The notes below the pieces were generated by a model. It did not search any database. It saw nothing but the letters and a program-made list of their open reading frames with translations, and had not been told where the DNA came from. Positions 25,747 through 37,563 of a DNA stretch of 64,000 nucleotides are shown piece by piece. The DNA is taken from the NCBI GenBank assembly GCA_009914755.4, contig CP086569.2, positions 24,992,001-25,056,000 of the forward strand, read 5' to 3'. The stretch is from the human T2T-CHM13v2.0 reference genome, Homo sapiens. How positions within the stretch are numbered: the stretch's first letter is position 1; the number at the start of each line of letters is the position of its first letter. The position numbers were made by a program, and so were the translations under genes.

Positions 25747-26049
25747 GGCTGGGCACGATGGCTCACACCTGTAATCCCAGCACTTTACGAAGCCCAGGTT
25801 GGGAGAGCAGAAGGTCAAGAGATTGAGACAAACCTGGCCAACGTGGTTAAACCCCGTCTCTACTAAAAACACAGAAATTAGCTGGGCATGATTGTGTACA
25901 ATTTTTAGTCTCAGCTACTCGGGAGGCTGAGAGAGGAGAATCACTTGGAAACAGGAGAATCCCTTGATCCCAGGAGGCAGGGGTTGCAATGATACAAGGG
26001 TGTACAACTGCACTCCAGCCTGGTGACAGAGTGAGACTCCCAAAAAAAA

Positions 26050-26066
<17 letters not shown>
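25747..26066 (+). mobile_element. full-length Alu with long poly-A tail
   Basis: The element reads ggctgggcacgatggctcacacctgtaatcccagcactt ... gagtgagactcccaaaaaaaaaaaaaaaaaaaaaaaa. Confidence 0.9.
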
Positions 26067-26082
<16 letters not shown>

Positions 26083-26105
26083 GAAAAGAAAAGAAAAGAA
26101 AAAGC
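26066..26105. repeat. (CA)n(GAAAA)n microsatellite abutting the Alu tail
   Basis: The run cacacacacacacaaagaaaagaaaagaaaagaaaaag is visible directly. Confidence 0.7.
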
Positions 26106-27389
26106 ATAGCTTGCAAAAGAGATAGATAAGAGAGAGATTTTGAGAGGTATTATTCACTTCTAATTCCAAGGCCTACATAAGAAATACAGATTTCTCACAA
26201 AAGACAATTTGTGGTAGAGTGGATAAAGGTAATTTAGCTGACAGAGAGAAAAAACTTTTTCAAGAAAACAAGATTTATGAGGAGAAAAACATAAATGTCT
26301 TTTGAATATACCTATAGCATAAATCTCCACTTTTAATTAAGCTGATAGCTTTTTAACATTTTTTATTAATTTTACCTTACAGAGAATATAAACAGGGATG
26401 TGTATAATTTATTTGACCAGTTTACACCGCTACCTGTTCACAATCATGTTCATCTTCTCAAGTTTCCCCTGGTAGAAAGTCGCTGGGTTCAGGCAAGGAC
26501 AGGCTTTCAAATGGGCTGCAGCTCTCTTTAGCATCAAAGCCTGACATTTGAGGAGGCGATTGTCAGTTCACAAGAGACTTTTTTAAGGAAACAGCAGTCC
26601 TGCTATGCTGTGTGGTGTGCCATCAGGCATGTTATTTTCATAGTGAAACTAATGACTTCTGACACCAACAATGTCACCGATGCAACTGCTGAGAAGTAGG
26701 CTGTCCATTTTATTAGAAACCAAGCTAAATTTCTTCCTTAAGTAAACCACTAGTTGTGGAGCTGGACCTCGAGCCTCATCTCAGGTTTCAAGGTCTATTT
26801 TCTCTCTTCCTGATACACAGAGATTAATGCCTTTACTATGGAAAAACCTAGGGCTTGTGCTTTAAGTAAGGTTTGTTTAGCTGGTTAAATTTTTGTGAGT
26901 ACCAGGTTCTTAAGTTAAGCAGTGAGTTTTATCTGCTTTAGTTTCTACTATGACATGGTATAAAAGATTAGCTACTTCTCTGTACCGAAGTACCTGCCAT
27001 CTGAAAAATCAGGTAATGCCCAAGAATCTTCTTAACTGTCAAAAAAAATGGGATTGATTCCTGACCTTGTGTGTTGGTCTCTTCTAATAAGACTAGACTC
27101 AGGTACCATACTGAAGTCTGAAAGAGTTGAGCATTAGATTTTGATAATCAATAGTTTTGTTTTGTTTTGCTTTGTTTTTTAATTTTTGCCAGATAGTTTA
27201 GCAGAGCATTAGTGCGTTCCCAGGAAGCCCATCACAATCTTGCTATTGTATTTCACCAGTGCACAAACACTAACAGTCTCTACTTATCTAAGTTAATACT
27301 GGATGTTTCTTTTCTATGTTTTAGAAGAATAAGAATCACAGACACATTTTAGAAGACTAAAGAGCACTAAGGTTGAAGAGAAAGTTTAA

Positions 27390-28150
27390 GAAGCAAAAGA
27401 AAACAGCTCAATGACGGCAGTGATGTGGTCAAAATGGGTTAAGCAATATGAAACTTGGGTTCAGCATTTTTGTGTTGTGAGTGGTAAGAAATGGACTTAG
27501 TCTGTAGGCTGTCTTAAAAAATGTGTGGCTTAGTTCTGCCTGGGTCCTTAGATCCTAGCCCAATCAGAAAGCTTAGCCTGAGACCTTGGCTCAGTACCTA
27601 TTAGTTGCAAAAGTCAATATTCATAAAGGCTACTCAGCTTAGCGAACAACTCTTCAGAAGCTGAAGTGAAACCGTGGCCCAGGATTTTGTCCAGAACTAA
27701 TCTGAGGCTGAAGTAATGATTCAGAGATGTGGGGCTCACAATCCAAGAAGAAACTAAAAGTGTTCCCTGGAAGGCACTTACTCCCACTCTCCCACTCTCT
27801 TTATGTTCACAAAATGAAAAGAAACATTTCTGGAAGCCCACTGATTATAAAATGGACAAAGCTATTTCTATTGCAGGCCTTGTCTTCCCATTTGAGTAAG
27901 CTTGAAGTTTCCAGAAGTTTCTGAGTGAGCTGGAGGTTCTTCTATCTGTGCAGCTGTGGGCATGTCTTCAGACACAACTCTCTGTTCTAGTTCATGTATT
28001 GGTGCCTTCAGCTGGAATGTTTTTTTCTAGGCTGCTTTTTATCTTATGTGGAAATGAGGCAGTGACCAGTGGGCTCAGAAGTTTCTGGAGATACTTGTCT
28101 TTCTGTCTGTATAAGGCAAGCTAGCTAACACACTTCACTATTGGAGGAGA
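27390..28150 (+). repeat. unclassified ERV/LTR-like repeat, direct copy 2 of 3
   Basis: This copy shares the blocks listed for copy 1 at 22080-22810. Confidence 0.5.
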
Positions 28151-28299
28151 TCCCTGGATTGGAGAGAAGAAGAGAGAAACAGGCTCTAGAATTTAGAAAA
28201 ATGTTGTTCTTTTTGTTGTTGTTGTTGTTTAATTTCCATTTTGCCTCAAGAATTACTTGAATCCTCTAGATCACAGTGACAGGTAGAGCTTGGTATCAA

Positions 28300-29300
28300 T
28301 TATTCCTGCTGAACAATGTGGGATACACATGCTGGACATGGTGACCTATGTCTCTGGGGACATTTCTTCTTTCACTCATCTCCCTCACAGGCTGAACATT
28401 AGGGTATATTCTTTTACCGCCTGGGCAATTCCTTTTAAAGTGTCCTGGCTTGTCACACTAGTAGAAATCAGCAGGTGTATGTTGGGGATTCTAGATCTTG
28501 TAGGCCTGTGAAATGGTGAGTAATGCCTTTTTCAATCTCTTGTGTCTCCTCTCTACTTACTAGGTCTCCTCTTTCCAGTTCTTGTTTTAAAAGATCAGGA
28601 AGCCACTCCAGGAAGTTTTCCAAAGTGCTATCTGATCCCAAAGCTTACTTCTGTAGTTTTTTTTTTCTGATATTAGAAGATGGCTGAGAAATAAACTAGT
28701 ATTTTAACATTGTCTAACTCCTGATTGAATTAGGACATAGAGAGATATGTTTTGCTAAAGCTTCTCTCAGCCTTTCCAAAGAAGCTGAGAGATATTTTTC
28801 TGGTTTGTGGTTCAACAAGGGCAGTTTAGAGTAATTAACAGGTTTTATTCTGGTTCTTTGGAAGTCTGTTAATATGCACAGTAGAAAGTGTTCTTTTTTC
28901 CATTCAGCTATGTGTTTACTAAGGCTTCAATTAGGATTGTAAAACAGCAGTATTTTTATTTCTGTTGGAAATAGTAATTCTGTCTTTTTTCACTCATTTT
29001 CATCTTCCAAATGTGTCTATTTTTGATTGACTATGGGATGTCAGTTGTTCATCTTCAAATTCCTTTGTTGCCTATAATGCTGCCTGTAGTGCTGCCTGTT
29101 TTTCAGCAGTAGTTAAAATGTGGCTTAATAGTTGCACTGCATTTCTGCAGATAAGATGAAAAATGTGGTTTAAATTTTGGAAAGCCTGTGTAGGTCTATC
29201 AGGGAACTGCCCTAAGTCTGGCTTTATGTGTACATTTACTGCAGTGAGAAGGAAATTTAAACCTTAGTAGCACCATGTTCATTGTGCGTTTGTTATATTG
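28300..29300 (+). repeat. ~1 kb segment paralogous to 34550-35580, same orientation
   Basis: For example, cctttgttgcctataatgctgcctgtagtgctgcctgtttttcagcag ... aaattttggaaagcctgtgtaggtctatcag ... ttagtagcaccatgttcattgtgcg matches ctctctgttgcctgtaggtcttcctgttcctcagaaatac ... cattttggaaagcctgtctgtattcatcc ... tttagaagcaccatgtttattgagcatt. Confidence 0.45.
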
Positions 29301-31329
29301 GCAACAGTAAAGTTGAAGGTTTCCTGGGAATGCACAACCATAGGGGTTATTATATGGCTATTCTGAGTCTCAGATAAAGGAGGCAGATTGGGCACTCAGA
29401 AAATGCATTTGGCCGTTCTCTAGAGATTTGACTCTTTAACTTTGGTAGACTCACCTTGCATGGTTCCCAAAGTGGCAGGTGAAATTTTACAATGTTTACA
29501 AAATCTTGGTTTTTTGGAGAGCAAAAAGACCTAGTTGTTAGATATTACTGAAATTATGCTTCTTTGGGAAGGCCAGGTCTTCTATCAGGAATATGGCCAT
29601 CTTGTTGTCAATTGAATATTATTATTATTGTTTTTAAATTTAGAGACTCAGGGTCAATGGAGTCACAGTGCTTCCAAGTGCATTCAAGGGGAGTGCAGTC
29701 TACAGTTGCTTTGTTGCCATCTAGGAACAGAGAGGAAATAAGGCATCACTCAGATGCCTTCCTCCTTTTGTTGTTACCCAGAATAAATAGAAAGAGTTAA
29801 GGTATACTTTTTCATCTTTTTCCTCTGTCTCATTGGTGTCCCCAAATGGTCATAGGTGCTGCCCATAAATGGAAGTATAGCCTTTACTCATAAATCTGGA
29901 GGAGCTAGTCAGCAGCACTAGTGACACTCACCTGTGCAAATCCCTACTTTTCTGCCCTGCTTTTGCCCGAGACCCACTGAGCCCCAAAGGCTTGCAATTC
30001 ACCCCAGAGGCCTTGGAGATGTTACATAGTAGTAAAATTTGTTCAAACCATTTTAATAGAGGAAGTGTCTTCCTACTAACTTTGGTTTTTCTAACTATGT
30101 TCTCAGTGAAACATCAGAATCTCAGAGAATGAGACAGACTGACTTTCAAGCATTTTAAATCCAAAATTAGTGCAGCATAGAAAAGGTGGCTCAAAGCTGT
30201 AGAAATGGAATGGCTGAATGGTCCTTCATGGGGAAAGCAAAGAAGCTAAAATATGTCCTGTAACATTGTCTTTCTCCTTTAATAGCGGAGTCTGCCTGTT
30301 TACAGATAGGACATGGGGCCTAACCAATGAGAGTGGAATGTAAATGGGAAAATAATTTGAAAAATCTAAGTTTTGGACAATGAATTGCCAAGGCTCCAGG
30401 TAGAAAAGAAATTTCATTTCACTAGGTGGTGATGTAAGGTTAGAAATGCTAGCTTAAGAATTCTGACTCAAAATTATTTTTATTCATAAGTTAGAAAGAC
30501 AGATTTGGGTTTTGATATATTGTTTCCACCGCATGTCTCTCAACAGGCATAAATGAACTTGTCTCATGATGGAACTTTTATGTGGAGGAAAATAATATAT
30601 TTGTAAAAATTCCTAATAAAGGAAAAGGTAATTACTTGGGGTCAAATCCTTCCCATACAGTGCCATGAATGTCTATTATTGAGGGACAAAAAGGCTTTTA
30701 TAGGTAAAAATTTATACTGAAATCTTGAGTTCCACTTGTTTCAGGGAAATCACAAAAATAAACCTTTTTAAATTACATTCATAATTACTAACACACCAAG
30801 TGAGTGTATTAAGCAAGTCTGTATACACCTAGTCTGCAAAAGTACCTACAGCATTGCATACAATATGAAAGGCATTATAGCTGTGAAAATCAAAATTATA
30901 AATTCAATAGATAAAAATGGGAAATCCTTGAGCCAAAGGCCTGATGAGCCGTCACAGACCAGAATTAGTCTCAAGGCAATCAGGTAACACTGTGATGTAG
31001 CCTCAAGCTGAAACTTCAGTTTCCTTAGGATCTCCTTTAAATCTCATGTAATTGCCAGGCTCTTTATGAGAAAAAAATATTCTTGAAACAAAGAAGACAT
31101 TTTTGAAATGAATACGAAAGTTTAAATTCTATTTTTAACCCTCTGAGTTATTTTCTTTTCAGTCCATGCATCAATATATGTTGTAGTCTCACCAATGCAA
31201 CAAGATGTAAAGGTATCCCTTTGTCTGTGATTATATGCAAAGATCTTGGTCTTAGTTCAAAAAAAAAAAATTAAGAAGCTCAGAAACAAAGTTGAGATTA
31301 AAGAAAAAAAAAAGAAAAAAGTGCAAGAA

Positions 31330-31910
31330 GAAAGCTCTCTGCCAGTGAAAAGAAGGGTGCAAATGTGTTTCCCACTATGAGGTTGAGGTTCAGGGTTATT
31401 ATGAACTAGCATGAGAAAGAAATGCTTTAAGTCAATGCACTCTTTTGAAGACCATGTGATTCAGCTGGGCCTGGGGTCTCGGCCTGAGAATAATTAGAAA
31501 GCTTAACCCAAGAAATTTCCCTAGAAATAATCAGGAGGTGTAGTCATAATTTATAGAAGCTGCTGAGCTCATCCCATGACCTATAAGGAGCTTCCTGGAA
31601 TCCAAATGATTATACAAAAGGCAAGGATATTTTTGTGCCAGGGCTCATTTTCTTATCACAGTGAGGCCGAGTTTTGTGCAAGACTTTTATCTGAATTGAC
31701 TTAAGGTTCTTCTGTCTGTGAAGATATGAATCTCAAGATGCAGCCACCTTTATTAGTTGTCTTATTGGTATCTGCAGCCTGATTTTTTTTCGGACTGCTT
31801 ATGTGTTATGTATAAATGAGACACAAACATGTAGACTGGTGGTTTTCCAGGGACCCTTTCCTTGCTGTCTCCTTAAGTCAAGCTAGCTTTATCATCTCAA
31901 TAACACCTTA
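31330..31910 (+). repeat. unclassified ERV/LTR-like repeat, direct copy 3 of 3 (3'-truncated relative to the other two)
   Basis: This copy shares the blocks listed for copy 1. It is followed within 150 bp by a retroviral gag-NC zinc knuckle. Confidence 0.5.
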
Positions 31911-32062
31911 AAGAATGTCCCGGATGTGTCTACTTCAGATTTTACAATAGGAAACATGAGGAGGCATAAAAAAGGAGAGTAAAAACAAGAAAAGAACAGA
32001 GAGTCTAGCTAACACAATAGAGTTTTCTAAAAATGCAGGCCCCAGGGTGGCACCTGCTATCT

Positions 32063-32509
32063 GCTATCAATGTGGTAAAACAGGACACTTTAGCAAGAAA
32101 TGTGGAGACAACAATAGGAAGCCACCTCAACATTGTCCAACTTACGGTGGTGAGCACTGAAGTGTGTGCTAATTTAAGAGGCATACATCACTAAGCCCAG
32201 GACCAGTCTCACAAAGGGTCCAGCAGGACTGACAGTTCCCTGGAGATCAATTCCCCAGCCCTAACAGCTGCCATACTCTTCAGGTTCCATACTCTTCAAA
32301 ATCCTTGGGTGATTCTGGAGGTGGAAGGGAGGAAAGTAGACTTCCTTCTGGAAACTGGAGCAGGTCTGTTTGTTCTGCTTTCCAATCAAGGCTTTCTCTC
32401 GTCCCACAATGTGACAATGATGGATGTGTCAGCAAAGTCCTTTATACAATATTTTCTCAGCCCATTAGTTATGGTTGAAACAGCCTTCTATTTAGTCATA
32501 TCAATTTAA
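32063..32509 (+). mobile_element. ERV internal remnant: gag nucleocapsid CCHC zinc knuckle followed by a degenerate aspartic-protease motif
   Basis: Translation gives AICYQCGKTGHFSKKCGDNNRKPPQHCPTYGGEH*, where CYQCGKTGHFSKKC is a C-X2-C-X4-H-X4-C zinc knuckle. The downstream ORF 32309-32509 reads ILEVEGRKVDFLLETGAGLFVLLS, where ETGAG corresponds to the retropepsin motif LLDTGAD. No RT or IN follows. Confidence 0.5.
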
Positions 32510-34549
32510 TAATTCCTGAAATTTCCACTTTATTACTAGGTAGAGATATTTTAGCCCATAAAGAAGCATCCATCTGAATGGCTGCATGATAAATTCTTGC
32601 TCTCCCCTAAGGGGAAACCAATATTAAATAACAAGCATGGGATGTCGAGAAAAATGTTGCTGGGCTACAAGCACTGTATGCATCCATATTTACCTTAAGG
32701 ATTTCACTATTTTTTCTAGCCAGAGGCAGTATTTCCCAAAGCCAGAAGGTGGAAAAGGGCTAGAAGTCATTATAAATAAGCTATAAATGAAAGGCATTTT
32801 TAGACCCTGCAACAGTCTTTAGAAAACTCCAAATATCAAAGAAGGTCACTTTTTAACATGCTCAGAAATCCCATTTTTTTTTTTTTTGGACCTCAATAGG
32901 TGAAAAGTTTACCCAACTCATAGGTATTTGGAAGTAAAACCCATGGTTGTGCTTGGCTTTAAGAGGTCTTATCAGAAGTTCCTCATTAAAAAAGAGTTTC
33001 ATCAAAGCCAATGTACAAAGGCTATTTGAGAATAATTATTTGGCCTGCATTTTATACCAATAATTAATTTAACTATTACTTTATGGAGTATTTTGCTATC
33101 AACTCAGGCCTATTATATTTGTTTTTTATAGAAATGAACAAGGAAAAGAGAAAAATTTATTTCAAATATTACATTGGCCATTATCTTCTACTCTCATTAG
33201 TTGTCTTTAGAATTTGCCTATATTTTATAATATCCCTGTTAATTCCTGTGATCCGCTCAGAAATCTCCTGCTACAGCTAAGTAGAAAACATAAAAAGATT
33301 AATATTGTGATGTATGTAATAATACCCTGTTGTAGGCAATTATTCTACAAATTTTGCCAGGTAAAGAGACTATATTGTGGACTCATAATCAAGGGGTGTT
33401 TATGTTTGTGGGGTTAAGACTAAGGAAGTTAAGCAAAGCAAAGCCCCATGAACTCACAACTTCTCTGGCGTACCTATAGCCCTCAGTTATCAGGGCATGT
33501 CCACAGCCTCAGAATTTTTAAGCTGTTTATTACCTCAGCTAATCTCATTTTAACACAGATATTTTGAGAAACCAAATTTTTTCATCTCATGTAGAGGAAA
33601 TCAAACTCCAAATGGTACTGCAAATGAAACCACTTATGAAAACACTGTGTTTCTGGAAATATTATCCTGACCTCAGGTGGAGTTCCAGCTGTTGTATTTT
33701 GTTGTACAAACCCCCTCCCTAAGAGTAAGTAGCTGGAAAGATCAATTCTCCCTAACAGCAGTTAGTTAGGTATTCAGGGTGGGCCTCTCCCTAACAGTAG
33801 AGAATAGTTAGGTAGTTAGAAGGGGACCTTGGTATAACTTCTAGAAACAAAGATCCAGCTTGCAAAAAAGATCCTACAGACACATATTAGTAAACTTACA
33901 CAAACCTTCAGCCCACTGATATGAAGAAACGCAGGCCGACATAGACATATCTTTGTTCTTTGTGCACAAAGATATGCTCACAAAGAAACTAACTGAAAAA
34001 CAACAACATTGAAACACCCTTTTCTTTTGTATAAGCAATGGACTATCAAATATAGTCACTATTTTTTCAGCTGGAGGAAGTACACAGTGGGGGACAATAA
34101 GTTTTAGTGGGCCTTTTTTTTTCTGGACACCCTTTGGAATACAACAAGAACTGGTATAAATTATCACGTCAGTCTCTGATTAGTCATGGGTCAAGGTCGT
34201 GGACCAAGCTTTTACATTAGCACTTGTTAGTCATGGGTCAAGGACATGGGCCAACTTTTCATGTCAGAACTTGTTTGGTCCCAAACAAATTCCAAAGCCA
34301 AACTGATCTTTTTCCAAGATCAGTCATCATATTCTTCCATTTCCCAGTACATGAGGACCCCAAACACCAGTGTTACAGTGGGCAACTAATTTTGGTTGTC
34401 ACGGTGGAGAGCTATTTTAATTTCCTTCTTACACTTTGTTTCTACTTTCAATTTTTGTGTGACTTCCTCAAGTTTTTGGCCATGAGAAAAATAACTTTTT
34501 GTGATATGTCACAATGAGAATTTTCTACACGTGTACACATGGTTCATGG

Positions 34550-35580
34550 TGAGAATACAAAAAATGAAGCCTGAATTGAGACCTGGGATGCATAAGTCTT
34601 ACTGGACCTTCTAAAATCTGGCCCTGGAAAGCAACCTATGTCCCTGCACACATTCCATCTTCCAGTTGTCGCCACCACTGGCTGGATAGGTTTGAGGTGG
34701 CATCCTTTTGTTTTTTCTGCAGTTCTTCCTGAACAGTCCTGGATGGCCAAACTTGCAGAAGTTCGAAGGTCCAGCTCAAAACTCCTGGATTTTGTAGACC
34801 TATAATTCAGTCACTTGTGCTTTGTCTGACTCTTGTTTTTTCCTCCCTTCCTGGGCCTCTTTATGGTCCCTATTGTAAAAGACCAGGAATGCCACCCCAC
34901 AACAGTTTTTCTACAGTGGTATCCCATAGCATAGCCTGCTTTTGAAGTTACCTTCTGATTTAAAAATTGAGTAATAAACTGGTCTTTTAAGATTATCTGT
35001 ATTTTATTTAAATCAGGAGATAGGATTTTTTCTCAAAATCCACAGAATCCATTCTCACCCTTTCACCCTTTTCATAAAGTCTGAAATATTTTGATTTGGT
35101 TTTTATTTCACTATGGCCAGTTTAGGTCAATTGAGAGATTTGATTCCAGTTTCTTGAAAGCTTTTTAATATTCACATTGGAAAGTCTTTGTTTCCACTCT
35201 CCCATTAAATCAGTAGGCCTTTAGTTAGGGTTTTTAAGGGCAATGTCTCCCTTCTTATTGGAAATGGGGCTTATACTTTTCCACTTTTTTTTTCTTTTTT
35301 GGACAGGTTTTCTTCTTTGGGTGGCTATATGAAATATTCCATTTGTCCTTGAAACTCTCTGTTGCCTGTAGGTCTTCCTGTTCCTCAGAAATACTTCAGA
35401 TTTGGCTTAGGAATGACAACATTTTGCCATGCAAAATCAAAAACTTGGACAGCATTTTGGAAAGCCTGTCTGTATTCATCCAGGTTATCAAAATACTTTT
35501 CTGTGTCCCAATCTATGTGTTTAAAGTCTTGTAACTAAAAGAGAACCAGGAATTTAGAAGCACCATGTTTATTGAGCATT
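34550..35580 (+). repeat. paralog of 28300-29300
   Basis: See 28300-29300 for the matching blocks. Confidence 0.45.
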
Positions 35581-35789
35581 TTCTTTAGGGGTAGCAGTTT
35601 AATGGAGGATTGATTGGGATAATTGAAGAAGCTGAGGATGATAAAGTGACTAGAGGAGTCTCTGGATAGGGGATAGAAGAAAAGCTGGAACATCTGGAAG
35701 TTTCTTCTGAGGCTTTCCTGGGCAGTTGTTTCTCTGACTTTTGAGAAATGTTCACTATAGACAAGTCCAATGTGCTAAGAGGGCATGGT

Positions 35790-36215
35790 CAACATTACAA
35801 TGCTTACAAATATCTGGATTGTTTGCAGGACAAAGAAAGCACCTCAGACAATTTGCCTTATCACTTGAAGAAAATATCTAGGTGTTAGATAGTATTGAGA
35901 GAAAAAGGTTATGCAGATAGGATGAATTCTTGCTAAAACTACTTTAAACAAAGAAACAGACTCAAATACCAGGCTGCAGGCAGATGTCTTAAAACCCTGC
36001 ACAAAACTGCAGTCCACTCATATAAAGGAACAAAGCCTAACAAGTAACCCTTTTGTATTTTTTTTTTGCCTAAAATGTACCAAAAATAATCTGATAAAAG
36101 AAGAAGAGTCTGCATAAAAACATTTTTCTTCTTTAAAGAAAGCACATACTTCCAGAAAATAGTCTCTATTCCTTTTACCCAGGGGGCTTCAGTGTGCTCT
36201 GATGAACACTTTTAT
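35790..36215 (+). repeat. R-unit copy C; also the left arm of the inverted duplication
   Basis: The string cttgctaaaactactttaaacaaagaaacagactcaaataccaggctgcaggcagatgtc ... ctgcagtccactcatataaaggaacaaagcc is homologous to copies A and B. Its reverse complement recurs at 36570-36990. Confidence 0.55.
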
Positions 36216-36480
36216 TTTCTTCTTCTTTTTTTTTTCTGGATATGCTTTCCACTGTGAGCTGAGCCTCTATAAATTTTTATTTCAGCTACCTTTCAGTCTT
36301 GGGTCCAGGTTCTGAGCCAAGCCAACTAGTACTTTTTCAAGACTAGTAAGCATACTCTTTTCTTAATTCATAAAAACATCAGAACCTGCCTCATAGTGAC
36401 AAACCCATCCTGTCTCCTATCTGTGCTGTGAATAAGTTTTGCTTAAGTTGTCAATCAGACTTCACTCTTAGCATGTACAG

Positions 36481-36482
<2 letters not shown>

Positions 36483-36512
<30 letters not shown>
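36483..36512. repeat. (ATT)10 microsatellite in the spacer of the inverted duplication
   Basis: The run attattattattattattattattattatt is visible directly. Confidence 0.9.
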
Positions 36513-36569
36513 TGCAGTCAGAGAAAAAACTCTGATGATACCTCACAAGAGCAGACTGATATATATAGT

Positions 36570-36990
36570 GGTGAATCCACATGGCTGCAAAAGTGTTCAT
36601 AAGAACACACGGAAGCACACTGGGTAGAAGAAATAGAGATTTTTTTGTGGAAGAGAAATGATTTTATGCAGAATCTTCTTTGTCTTTTATCAGAATACCT
36701 GTAGGAATGTTTTAGGCCAAAAAAATACAAAAGGATTTCTTTGACAGGCTTTGTTCCTTTATATGAGTGGACAGCAGGTTTGTGCAAGTTTTTTTAAAAA
36801 TCTGCCTGCAGCCTGGTATTTCAGTCTGTTTCTTTGCTTAAAGTAGTTTTAGCAAGAATCCGTCTTATCTACATAACTTCTCTCTCAATATTATCCAACA
36901 TCTAGATATTTTCTGCAAGTGAGAAGGCAAATTGTCTGAGGTACCATGTGTGCCAGGTTTCTTTGTCCTGCAAACTGTTGTAACTGAGCA
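36570..36990 (-). repeat. right (inverted) arm of the inverted duplication of R-unit sequence
   Basis: The reverse complement of 36780-36860 is ttcttgctaaaactactttaagcaaagaaacagactgaaataccaggctgcaggcagat, which matches 35925-35990 forward. Colinear reverse-complement homology continues through ...ctcatataaaggaacaaagcc... to about 36575. By eye the arms are ~420 bp and about 85 percent identical; the spacer is about 355 bp. Confidence 0.55.
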
Positions 36991-36994
36991 AGTT

Positions 36995-37545
36995 AGAGAG
37001 AAATCACCACACTTTGAGGTGGATTCAAGAGTCCTTTATTAGCCAGTGATCAAGAGAAAGATAACGCACAAAATTCTCTCGGCCTCAAAGAAGGGGCTAG
37101 ATTTTCTTTTATACTTTGGTTTAGAGAGAGGAGGGGGAATTCTAGTTGCAACAATCTTACAGAAGACAAAACAGACAAGAAAGTTAAAAAGACAAATTGT
37201 TACAGGAAAACAAACAGTTCCAGGTGCAGGGGCTTTAAATTCATCACAAGGTGACAGGTGAGGGGGCCCTTGGCATTATCTACCAGAAAAACATGGGGGC
37301 ATTATGGTACCATCTCAGAGCAAATTGCTGGGAACTGTGGACATCACTTGCCTCAGCATGTTATCAGTTAATTGTAGTCTTTGATATGTTGAGAATCTTG
37401 CACAAGTTAAAGTCCTTGAGGAAAAGGGGTGGGTAAGGAGCCCTTGATGTCTTGTAAATGAAGGAGCCAAATGGCATTAGTCTGCTTTTCTCAGCTAAGG
37501 GTGAGTCTATTCATATTAAAAACAATGTTAGGTATTACATTCCCC
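36995..37545 (-). mobile_element. putative 3' LTR of the gamma-like ERV (minus-strand element)
   Basis: The LTR lies immediately downstream of the env TM stop in provirus orientation. On the minus strand, tataaaag (forward 37100-37108) sits about 65 bp upstream of aataaagg (forward 36-41 of 37000). No matching 5' LTR was found near 45600-46600. Confidence 0.4.
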
Positions 37546-37563
37546 ATTTGTGTTTTTGGGGAG

